A program made the position numbers and the translations under genes. Shown here piece after piece: positions 41,322 through 52,813 of a stretch of 64,000 nt of DNA; position 1 is the stretch's first letter, and each line of letters opens with the position of its first letter. The stretch is from Catajapyx aquilonaris (lineage: Eukaryota): NCBI GenBank assembly GCA_000934665.2, contig KZ538468.1, positions 1 to 64,000 on the forward strand. Reading direction: 5' to 3'. The notes below the pieces were generated by a model. That model worked only from the letters and a program-made list of their open reading frames with translations. It searched no databases and was not told where the DNA came from.

Positions 41322-42038
41322 GTTTTTATGACCGGAAGGGCCGTGCCATCACGATACATAATTTTTACACCAGTACAATGTGCAGGTGGTGAATGACACG
41401 CAATTTTGCACTTTGGAGTTGGGCACTTATTCTGTTGCAAATGTAAAAAAAAAACTGTAAGAAAAGCACTGGGATAATGATGGTTGCATAGCGCCAGGAT
41501 GCATTTGGCTTAAATCTTTTGACAGATGGTATATAGGACTAGAGGGGATCTAGGAGTGTGGAAGTTAAGATACTTAATCTTTGACATCTACCATGGCGAC
41601 ACTCTTAACATTCCCATTTACCCTCCCATCCATGTATGCATTTCTTTGGTACGTGGATGCAATTTATTGGGTATAGGATACAGCCTGGCAGTTTCTCAAA
41701 CCGAATATGGGGCTTGTACTGATCTCTAATATTGTGACATAGCTATATCAGGTGCAGACAAACATGCCTAATAATGGCTAATTCTAATATTCCAACGGAC
41801 CATATCTGTCAGGTTTGAGTTGAAAAGTGTGGCATTGACATAACTAGTACGGAAAACAATGAATAATTGGCACAAAGTTGCTCATGTATTCGCGTGTTTA
41901 ATTTCAGTCGTTTGTCCAACAAAGCAAGGCCCACCCACTACTCCAAGGTGCAAAATTGCGTGTCATTCAGCTTCTGTATATCTTATCGGTGTGAAAGTTA
42001 TGTGTCATGATGGCAAGGCCCTTCCGGTCATATAAAAC
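41322..42038. mobile_element. Element bounded by ~100-bp imperfect inverted repeats (old DNA transposon or MITE)
   Basis: ATGACCGGAAGGGCCGTGCCATCA...TGAATGACACGCAATTTTGCACTTTGGAGT is mirrored by ACTCCAAGGTGCAAAATTGCGTGTCATTCA...TGATGGCAAGGCCCTTCCGGTCAT. Confidence 0.7.
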
Positions 42039-43074
42039 CACTTCTGCACATGTGGTTGAAATAGTTTTAAAATTTAGCTTATATTCATTATACCCCCACG
42101 TGACAAGGCGTGATGCAACCTTTAGAAAAAAAAATTGGCATCCAGTGTGTTCTATAACTGAATTATCCGAAGTGTCTAGTCATGTTTGGCCCTATAATAA
42201 ATTGCGCCAGTTACTTCCGAAGAGTTGATGTTCGAAATTATCAACAGTTTCTGCTTCTATTAAGTTGAATGGGGTATCCTTTTTAATATAGTTACAGAAA
42301 GGTCTATCCTGCCAAAATGTCCAGTAGGCCTACTGTATATACATGAGTTCAGCCACAGGGGTTTTAAATGGGCCATTCCCAGTGGCACAATATCAAAAAT
42401 TAATTAGAATTTCGGGTCTGAAATTATGCTCGTATGCAACTTAAGATCAACAGAATACTTTTGGTAACACCTATGGGTAATTGTTTGAAAGTTGCTGCTT
42501 AGTTATAACCTGCTTAGACCAAAGCATTTCTAACTGCTACGGACAATTCAGTTGGAACATTATTTGTGGTCTATTTGTGGTCAGTTAACATGATTGTACA
42601 AGTGTCATGCCATTTTCCATTATGCACGTGCTCTTTCTGCGACGGCAGGGGAATAACAAGGAGGACATGTGCATAGCAGTCAACAAGAGTAATATTTACG
42701 AAAGTATATATTATGTCAATTTCTAATTTCCGTGAATTAATTTGCCCAGTTGAAATATAAACTATCAGTCGTTAAAATCAATAAGTGCGTTAAGAATAAT
42801 ATCAAGACGACAAAGTGGAAAGTTCAACTTTTACTAATATTACGGTATATGATCACACTCTTACATATCCTGATCCCAGCTGGACTATATGAACAAGAGA
42901 CAAAGATTTTAAAATGTTTATGCTTTCACTTGGAAATTGTTTTATACACGAGTCATGTCATTTGGAATATAACTTCAATTTACATGCAATTCTGTCTTTG
43001 AATTGATTTTTGATGTAAACAATTGGACAATTTGATTTGCATGTTTTTTCCTATACTGTATTGTGTGATCCTGT

Positions 43075-43690
43075 GGTTAGGTAGTGTATTGTCACCGCTC
43101 TGCAATCGTCTGTGCCACAAAATATAGCTGCATATTCAAGAGTAGGTTTGGCCAATGTGATGAGCAAGAGTCCCAGAGTGACGGTTAGACATAGTAATAC
43201 GATGGTACAAATTAATTAATTACAAAATTAATTAAAAGTATTTCCTAATCAAAATCAAATCAATTGTCCCCATGTTTTTATTTTATTTTATTTTTTTACC
43301 CCATACAACTAATAGCTTGCTATATAGGGGTGTGGCACACCACCATCAGTTTATTCAAACTTGTTTTTCTTCAATCACCGTGATGATACAAATTAATTAA
43401 TTAAAATTTAATAATTCTCTGCAATTAAAAATTTAATAATAAAAATTTAATAAAATCACAAGTCGACGGGACCCTGGTTAGGTAAGGCATTGTCACCGCT
43501 CTGCAATCGTCTGTGCCACAAAATATCTGCATATTCAATAAAATGTCACAGACAAGTAGGTTTCGCCAATGTGATGAGCAAGCCTCCCAGAGTGACGGTT
43601 AGACAATAATAATCGATGGTAGCTACAATTTCTTAAATTAAAAAAATTAATAACAATTGATTATTTCCAAATCAAATTCATATTCCCCAT
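43075..43690. repeat. Diverged direct repeat of a ~200-bp unit (43075-43273 and 43476-43690)
   Basis: Shared blocks ttgtcaccgctctgcaatcgtctgtgccacaaaatat, gccaatgtgatgagcaag and cccagagtgacggttagaca. Confidence 0.9.
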
Positions 43691-44093
43691 ATAAAATAAT
43701 TGAAAGTTAATTGATCCGTTCCTAGACCTTACATAATATCAATTTCGATAAACTTAAACAGCAAATACACATAATTTAAGGAAAACATAACAGGATTAAA
43801 TGCCCCAAACAAATTAAAACATGAAAACAATAAAATACATAAATACTGTATTATAAAATGAAAATTGCAATTATTGTGCAAATGAGGAATGGTGATGTCC
43901 GTGTGGCTGGTGTATCATACAGGAAGAAAAGGGTTACTGTTTGAAAGGAGAGTCACCTTCCATTATGTGTACAACGAAACAAAATTAAAAATAAAGCGAA
44001 AAAAGCAATGAAAACACTCGAGCGTAACGCAAGCGACGACTTGGGCGCACAACAGATGGCATTGCGCAGCGAGATCATTTTTCACTGCAGGTG

Positions 44094-44194
44094 CGGTTCG
44101 AACTTACTGTAGAAGCATCGTTCGAACTCCGGATCAAATTTCTATCGAATTTAGCGTTCGAAGTTAGGGGCGTTCGAAGTACGAGGTTCCATTG
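44094..44194. mobile_element. Single terminus of a pogo/Tigger-like element
   Basis: Reverse complement reads TA|CAATGGAACCTCGTACTTCGAAC, with repeated GTTCGAA subterminal motifs. Confidence 0.55.
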
Positions 44195-44207
44195 TACTAA
44201 TTTACAA

Positions 44208-44879
44208 TTGAACCATGTAAAACAAAACCGAGCTAACTCCAGTGAGGGAAAAAAGGACATGTGCATTTCTTGCACTGACCCCTCGGAGAGCATAGAAGGG
44301 ACCGTCACACATGCATAGAATTTTCAGGAAAGTTGCAGCCGGCGATTCAACACCCATCCACGTTGAAACGATACTTGTCGGACATGTAGGTACTGCACAG
44401 CACCATTTGTAGTGACCCCCTCCCCACGAAGCCCTCTTGGAGTTTTTTTCGGTTGTCTTTTCCAAGAGCGTGTGGAATACAAAAGTAAGCTAACTCCAAT
44501 TGATTAAATCCATTGGAGTTAGCTTACTTTTGTATTCCACACTCTCTTGGAAGAGAAAACCGAAACACCCCCCCCCCCCCCTCGAAATCCATTGGAGTTA
44601 GCTTACTTTTGTATTCCACACGCTCTTGGAAGAGAAAACCGAAACAACTCCAAGAGGGCTTCGTGGGGAGGGGGTCACTATACAAACGTGTGCTGTGCAA
44701 TACCTACATGTCCGACACGTATCGTTTCAACGTGGATGGGTGTTGAATCGCCGGCTGCAACTTTCCTGAAAATTCCATGCATGTGTGATGGTCCCTTCTA
44801 TGCGAGGGGTCAGTGCAAAAGTGCACAAGTCCTTTTTTCTCTCACTGGAGTTAGCTCGGTTTTGTTTTACATGGTTCAA
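44208..44879. mobile_element. Foldback-type element with ~290-bp inverted arms
   Basis: 44208-44500 mirrors ~44590-44879 (TTGAACCATGTAAAACAAAACCGAGCTAACTCCAGTGAG...). The centre has a ~60-bp tandem duplication separated by a C run. No TSD identified. Confidence 0.85.
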
Positions 44880-46754
44880 ATTATTTCTCATATTAAAACC
44901 CTTCATTGAAGTGTATCAGATTTAATTTCCATTAACTTCTGAATACTTTTTTGTTACTCTCAAAAAAGTGACGCGTTCGAAAACGCAGTGTAATAGAATA
45001 CATAACTTCCTGGGATGAATAACGTTAAGTAGGAACTTGTAGAAAAATTAATGCATGCGTTCTATTTTACGTAGAGTCAAATTCATCGGCATATTTAAAA
45101 TGTCCCTAACCATCAGATTGAAATAAATGGTAGCCTACACCTGAAGTGTTAGCTATTAGGCAAGTATAATATTATCCATACATCAGCAATTAATCTATTA
45201 CTGCTTTGTATACAGTCAGTCGCATGTGAGAAAAACGACGGGCACTATATCTCCCACTCTTAAATAGTCAACAGCTCAAGTGTCCAGTGCATTTATGCTA
45301 TAGCAGCCCAATGTTCGTGTAACACCTACGAGCATGCAAATCTATCCACTTGACAAATGAGCGCATACAGAGAATGCATATGCGTGCAATGTGCGGGCGT
45401 TGCAATTAAATACTATCGTGCACTTCTGCTCTAATTTTGATTTCCTGAAATCGTTTGAGATAACTTCTGTTACATGGCTTGCATTTCATTCCAACAATGA
45501 AATGTTCCCTTTTTTTGTCTTTAGACAGCAAGGGCTTATTATTCTCTGTCTTCGAGGTTGATGAACAGTACAAACGCCTTTTATTTCTACCGACAATCAA
45601 AAGTGACCTCTGCTAAGACGGCTCTTCAACGATTTGTTTCGGGATGCAATGTAATGGTGCACTTTAAAAAGTACTGGTACCTTTTTAAAAATTTTAATGG
45701 GCCATATGCAAATACAGACTTTGTACTGAAGTATATTGTAATTTATGCATAAATCTTGAGTTGAGAATGACACGATTACCACGTCAAACGAAGGGGATAT
45801 TACTTCCAGGCTTATAAGGAGGTGGGTGGGACCTGCGTTATGCCTCGTGAGAGACAATATTTTACGACATGCAAATTAGGTGCAGAGAGATCACGTCCTA
45901 TTTCCCTTTGCACGGAAGGTTTTTTTTTAAAAAAAAATAGTGTTCTAATTATCCTGACAATCATCCTTTCGTAATAACATTTGTTGGTTCAACCCGCAAC
46001 TTTGCAAATCTTCATAACACATCTCTCACTATAGAGGTAACCCAACACTAGATCATCCAACCAGTGAATAGACCTGCAGGAAGCGACCGTTATTTCCAAG
46101 CCCTCCTGAAGCAATACTCTACTCCACAGTGGCCAGAGTGACAGATCACCCTTGATATTCCATTTGGATTCAGTGGAATCCCATTTTGAATGGGGTCAGG
46201 CAGGGCCATGCTTTGTGATGAGTCTCCTTTTTGCCGCCGTGTGGCAGTAGCCCTGCAGCCTTGCAGGCAGGCAGGCCAACGTAAGAGCAGGGGCATGAAC
46301 AGCAGCCGCGTCCAATTAGTGAGCACAACAAAAGCTTCCTGCGGCGGCCATGACGGTGGAAAAAGGGCCGTGCTTCTCAGGTGCTAGGCGACGGATTCCT
46401 TGCAAGAAAAACCTGGTGAGCTTCTTCTCAGCAGCTCGCGTGAACACTTGTGACATGGAGCGAGGGGATTATTAATGAGCCCCCCTTTTCCTTCATTTCG
46501 GGGCCTGAGGCTTCTTTGTCTCCCTCGAAGAAGGCCATTAAGGGCCCCTTTAATTAGGGAGGCCCTCTCCGTCGTTGTCACCCTTTGAGAACGAAGCGCC
46601 TGGAAGAACGCTCTTCCTGCCCCCCACCTCTTCCCTTCCTGCTCTCCCCCGCTTTCCTCTCTCTAATCGACGATTATACACCTCGCATTCTCCTTGTGGC
46701 CTCGTTTTCAAATTTGTTACAAGTGCATAATGGCGGATACGACCACATTTAAGC

Positions 46755-46826
46755 TCCCCTGTAGCTCAGTGGAAGAGCGCTCACCTGGTGTGGGGGCAGT
46801 CCTGGGTTCGATTCCCAGCAGGGGTC
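46755..46826 (+). pseudogene. tRNA-like sequence (Thr, anticodon GGT); probable pseudogene or SINE head
   Basis: Cloverleaf: acceptor CCCCTG/CAGGGG with a 1:72 T-T mismatch, D arm GCTC-AGTGGAA-GAGC, anticodon arm CTCAC-CTGGTGT-GGGGG with one mismatch, T arm CTGGG-TTCGATT-CCCAG. Confidence 0.7.
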
Positions 46827-47111
46827 TCGAAACCTGATTCCTGATCCTGATTATAATTATGCACTATACACTTCAAACTGATGGGCATTGTGCAGGTGTG
46901 TACTTCGTCGTCATGCTATCAAAACCTGGGTGTTACGAAATAATCAGGTCGAAAGGAGCACAAGAAAATATACCGGTACTGTATTGTGGCGGTGTGTAAG
47001 TGTGTTGCCACAATATGCACAAACTCTTAAAATGTGGCATTAACACTAGTCCGGGAAATCAAAAATTGCGTGGCATGACAACCACTTTGATGACAGCCCA
47101 ATAGATACTCT

Positions 47112-47382
47112 CCGATTCGCATAAGTCCGAACCTTTGCGGGTATACAAATGCCCGAGGGGGTGAGCCGCAGCAAAATTAGTTCCCGGTATCGCTGGCTTT
47201 CTCGAAGAAACAGTGATGGTGTACATGTAATTCGAATGTCTAATTATCATGGGCAGCCCATGCGGTAGCTGCAGAGCTACACAAACTGCACATTTTGATG
47301 TGAGGAGCGGTATGGTCCGGCATGGTGGGCACTACTTTCGGGCGTATGGATATCCAAAAAGGTTCGGACTTATGCGAATCGG
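47112..47382. mobile_element. MITE with 25-bp perfect TIR core
   Basis: CCGATTCGCATAAGTCCGAACCTTT / AAAGGTTCGGACTTATGCGAATCGG, with weaker pairing extending inward. Confidence 0.75.
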
Positions 47383-50300
47383 TAAGTACCAGGTGAATAA
47401 AATAGAATGGAACAGTAACGGTTCACCTACTTCCCCGTAGATGTCCCCTACGACATCGGTAAGGGACTCTCTAAATATCTGAAATCTTATAATCCCCTAA
47501 TTTTTGCCTGAGATGTTAATGCATTGTTGGTCTGGAGCATTACCACTCGAGTAATTTCACAGCAGTAATTCGTATGGAATTTTAAAGGTGCTACAATCGG
47601 CGCATGCTAAGAAGAACAGCGTACTCGAGAACAATAACTTAAATCTAGAGGAACACTTAATTTCCTCAGTACAATTATTGCTCTGAACACAACTACATTG
47701 CCTTATTAAGCTCTTATACAAGCGGATAAAAATTTTAGACTCGAAATTCGGTACATGCAGATAATTGCGCGCAACGTTCTACTTAGCGTGCGCCGACTTA
47801 CACATCACCATAACTATAAAACTAGAGCCATAAAGCAATTTTTTTGATATGGAAGTCACGTCACCTTTTAGCTTCCACAAGAACTTCCAGCACTCGTGTG
47901 GATGTTTTCTATCAAGGATACTCTTGCTTCCTAATCAGCACACTATTCGCGAAGTGTCAGTCACTAATATGGTAATTTCTTATCTATCCAGTATTTCACT
48001 AACTGAGGGACTTTAAATCGTGTCCAATTTTGGGTCAAACAGAAATAATACATCAGACAAATTAATGGAAAATCCTCTGCAGTTCCGCGGGAGGTTTCAC
48101 TGCAATGCAGTGTCGTGTTTTACTTATATCAGTAACATTACACTCACATTTTACCCGTCCTCCAATCGCATCCTTTTCCAGATGTGCACGATAACCTAAC
48201 TGTGTATAGTAGTACTCCGACCTGGAGTAATGAGCAGAATCTGTGATCGCTTCCTGCTTCCGCCAGCACCGTGGGTAGTTTTCCTCCTGACCTAAACATG
48301 CCCACTAATTTACTACGCTTTCCCTTTGAATCACTACAGTTACAGCTCAATACGTGGGTCAACTGTTATTCCAGTAATACACTGGAAGGTGAATAACTCC
48401 GGCGGATTCGACAGCGAGTCCTCGGCCGATTCAAAAAGTGGAATAAAACTCAGTGCTAGTAAATGTGGTGTAAGTGTAAACAAAAAACAAAATGTGAATG
48501 TCAATAATCCTTTAAATTTAACCTACATGAAAGCTAAGAAAATTTTTATCATATATAGGATTAGCATTAACCTACCCCCTGATAAGGCCCCTTTCTTCAA
48601 AAGTTGACATGTCTATAGGACATAATTATTATTGCCTTAAAAAGCCCGGATTATCCCGGATAATGGGTGACGATTTCACCACGATCATTTCCACACCGAT
48701 ATAATCGTTGGGTCGTATTCTATCCCTGAGAACTCAATGAAACGTGCCCCGCTGTACAGTCCCTATAAAGTACAAAGAGAGCCCCATTGTGTGCAGAAGC
48801 CATTGGCATAAAAGCTTGCCGACTCGGCCGCTGGGTATTATTAATGTTTCCATTGTGACAGGCTTAAGACTTGGAAAAACATTTTGAAAGTCCGGAGGGT
48901 TCTGCTGCGCCGGGTGCCGCAGATGGAGAAAAAGGGACTGTGGTACACACTATATGCCTGCATGGATTGGGTAGTGGTCTTAGGAAACATACTGTACAGT
49001 ACGCAGTGGACAGGATCAGTTTGAATGCATGGCCAAACACTTACAGTCATATAAATCTTACCTGTAGCTTCATTATAGTAGATTATCTCATAACAATATT
49101 AAAAGACTGAACAAGATAGTCCTACAGTATCACTATGGCCATGAAAAACTCTTAAAAAGTGACAATCAGGGTCACAGAACAGTACATTAACTGCTGCTAT
49201 AATCCTTATCTCCTGTTGGCCCTTTCATAGACTCTCACATTGGGACTTTGTATAGGGAAACTCAATACCGCCAGGTTTTACGGATTAGAGACTCCTGCTT
49301 TTATACAGTGTGTTGTCCTGAATTTTATGGCAGCCCTGCAATTCGCGGGTCATCCCATCACAAATAAATTATCCATTGCACTCAACCATTATATGCGGTA
49401 GTTGATACACTTATATTGGTCACGTTTTTTATAATAATTTTAGCAAGTCTGATTGTAAACATACTGGAATGTGATGCATGAGAAAACTTCTGTGCGCATA
49501 GTTTGTATCGTATTTCGTTGTATATGAATTTTGAACCAATAGTGAATGAAGATTATTGAGTGGATTATCAAAATGGTTTATCATTTTGAAGAATTGTATT
49601 ATGTTTACTTATTCATGGCATTTCACCATCTCACAACAGCTGTAGGCCTATAGAATTATATTACTTGGAAAATCTGCAAATAAAAATTGACAAGCGTGAC
49701 TGCTCAATTACATGGATATTGCGCAGTGTATCCACTTATCTCCAATCCGTGGAGGATATGCCTGGTAATTATATCTCACGAACTGAGTTTTCTTTACTGG
49801 TGAAATAGACCCACCATATATCCACGCAGGTAAATGGTGTCGTAATATGTTTTTAAATTCGTTTGAAAAATTACCCGAGGTGCCTTACAGTGGTGTAGTT
49901 GAAATTAATAATAGTTATTAAAATCCCATCTTTGACCATCTTCATCCAATTCTGGAATATTCCACATCATTGAGAGTTTCCATGGTTTGGAAATTATTAT
50001 CACAAAACTGTGATGATTATTCCATTGGAATTTCATTAGACCTACACAAATTCAATTTAACTTGATGTTTAATAATCACAGATGTACTAGTGCATAGTGT
50101 TTCTAACACATAACCATTGCCACCAGTATTATGCCTATTTGTAATTATTTCCGTATTAGAAAACTAAAACGTGAAGTTAAATAATCATTTCAATCCTTTG
50201 AGCTAGGTCATATTACAAAGCGCGTGCGCCAGCTTTATCTTCCATCTAGACGTTATGCATATACCAATAGTCTGGAATTCCCAGCTGATTAAGCAGTCCG

Positions 50301-51895
50301 TGACATTTCCACTGACACGAATTCAACCTTAATTATGAAACGCGCTGTGCATGATAAGAAAAGGTCACTAATTATCTGGTTATTGTCCAAAATAAAATCA
50401 ACTCTATAACTACCGGTGCGTTCAATTTTGATGGAGTATTTCTGAATGCGCTTAAAAATTAGAGAATATAGAGTAAGCGAGCATAAATAGCCACGTAGTT
50501 AATATCGATAAAACAAACTCCATTGGATCTATAAAGATTTTAAACGTTTAGCACGACGAAGAAATTAGGACCTGTCGATATGACATCCGTGTATATCGCA
50601 TATAGTTACTATAGTCTTCATAATCGTAACATTTTGTCATTTACTAGTATTTCCGTTATTTTTGTGAATAATTTAAAAGTGGAAAAATGCAAAATGAGGA
50701 GCTAGACATTACACAATTTTGATTTTATTTGTTCAACTTCCAAAATTCACGATGATGTTCTGTGTGTACTGTGTAGTGCACCGATCCTTTCTCATCCAAC
50801 AATCCACTTGTGAGCCCTCTGTACGAGTTGTATACAGTTTGGAAGATAAATCAGCTCAGTTCCGCATACTTCAGAAGTGGATTTCGCTTACGCTGCTGAG
50901 GTCAAGTTGGCATTCTGATTGTAAGGTAGCCTACACAGGGAAGTGCGAGGGATAAAGACTTGGTTCTTTTTTCTTATCCCGAGTTCGAGCTTACACATAA
51001 TCATTCGCAAAAGTTTCACTGACACCGATCTGCTAAGCTAGCGTATGTTCCTTTACATGAAAGTACTTGCCCTTCTCCAATAGAGTTCGCCTACTACAAA
51101 AAAAAGTGGAGTGGTTGGGGTAATAAACAAAACGTGATAAAAAATCTACATTAAGATTATCTGGACAGTGAACAACTGAAATCAATCTTATTATACATTG
51201 GACAATGAATTTCTGTATAGGGTGCCTTAATGCAAGTCATGGAATTTCATGGTTTGCTCCAGATGGAGTAAGAATCTGGAACGTTTTGCTGCAATTAAGT
51301 AACATTGTGCAGGGGAATAGGTTGCCTACTTTGGCCACCATATGGCTCTGCTGTGCTACTCCACTTCCGACAAAAACTGATTATGTCTGCTAGAATCTTA
51401 ACATTTTGTCTGATTTTTAGCGCGATTTGACCCATGAATGCGATTTCCCTTTTAGGTTATGCAATTAACACATGTAGTAGACAAAAGCATTACATCACCA
51501 GCATCAGAGCGTGAGAATATTTGAAGCATAGGTCTCATCGTTCTTCACACTATACTGATACTAAGAACGCAGTGAAATATTTACATATGAACAATTTGCT
51601 TCATGTGATGAACTTCTTTTTCATATATACATCGTTATAGGAAAGAATGGGGGATTTGACCTCAAAATAATCACGTAGACAAGAGCATACTCAACAGTCT
51701 CACTCCAACATTTTACACCGTAATTCTGCAATACCTACCAAAGCCATTTCAAAAAGATTATAGTGGGATATGTACACAGTACCTTAAACATGAGTACTCA
51801 TTGTGAAACCTTCTGTATACCGATGAGCCAGTCAAAATTAGTTACAGCATAAGTCACTTTTGTACACAAAGGACCACTGTTGCTGTGTTGAAATT

Positions 51896-52325
51896 TTTTT
51901 TATTATTATTATTATTTTTTTTTTAAATTACACCCTTGAAGCCTTCTGGCTTATGTAGGGGGGAGGTCTTTTCTACCATTTTCTAACTCTCCGGTGCTGG
52001 AATGGAGGGGGGGACAGTGGTGCAAGTGCAATGTCTCATGGCGGAGGCCGTGTGCAGTCCCCCAGAGGGCTAGGTTGAAAGACGACCCTCTAGGTGCGGG
52101 TAAGAGGCCTCCCACAAACGCCGCACCTCCTCCAGTACGGGGCAGGGATAGGGAAGGCAGGAAGCGGCTGTGGCCTACGATTAGGAAACAACTCCGGTAT
52201 TCACCTGGGGGTGACCGTGGGAAACCACAGAAAACCACGGTCAGAGTTGCCGGCCTGGGGATTTGATCCCTGGACCTCCCGATTTGCAGCCGGATACCAA
52301 ATCCCCTCAGCTACTGCTGCTTCGG
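51896..52325 (-). mobile_element. tRNA-derived SINE (family D), full length
   Basis: Minus strand has a degenerate tRNA head, a CCGTGGTTTTCTGTGGTTTCCC...GGCCACAGCCGCTTCCT body and an A/(AAT)n tail. 15-bp TSD TGCTGTGTTGAAATT at 51881-51895 and 52326-52340. Confidence 0.88.
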
Positions 52326-52604
52326 TGCTGTGTTGAAATTACGCCCTGCGTTAGTACGGAATTTTGAACCTCTGATAATAATTATTTATTTACGCTGTGG
52401 GAAATTTCATTTGATCTGGGCACGAAGGACACAAAGCGATTCAGAAGTGTTATTGTAATGGTCCGACGACGGAGGTTTTTAGCAAACCTGTGCCATGCAA
52501 CTGAAATGCCAAATTAGTATTGCATTTGTACCGCATTAATTTGTAAAACGTCACAAAACAGGGCTATATGAATGCTATTATTATAGAGTAAATGTTTTCA
52601 CCTA

Positions 52605-52813
52605 CACTGTAAACCACAAAACATGAAAAGAGCATCACTGGTGAGTCTCCCATGGAGCATCCATTTTCAATGCTCTTATTCTAATGCTCTTGTGATGCTT
52701 TTTAGCCACAAAAAGCATCACAAGAACATTACAAGAGCATTAGAAGAGCATTAGAAATTGATGCTCCAGAGACTCACCAGTGATGCTATTTTAATGTTTT
52801 GCGGTTTACAGTG
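52605..52813. mobile_element. Almost fully palindromic MITE with CACTG termini and 2-bp TSD (CMC/EnSpm-like)
   Basis: TA|CACTGTAAACCACAAAACAT...AGCATCACTGGTGAGTCTC is mirrored by GAGACTCACCAGTGATGCT...ATGTTTTGCGGTTTACAGTG|TA. Internal AAGAGCATT repeats. Confidence 0.85.
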
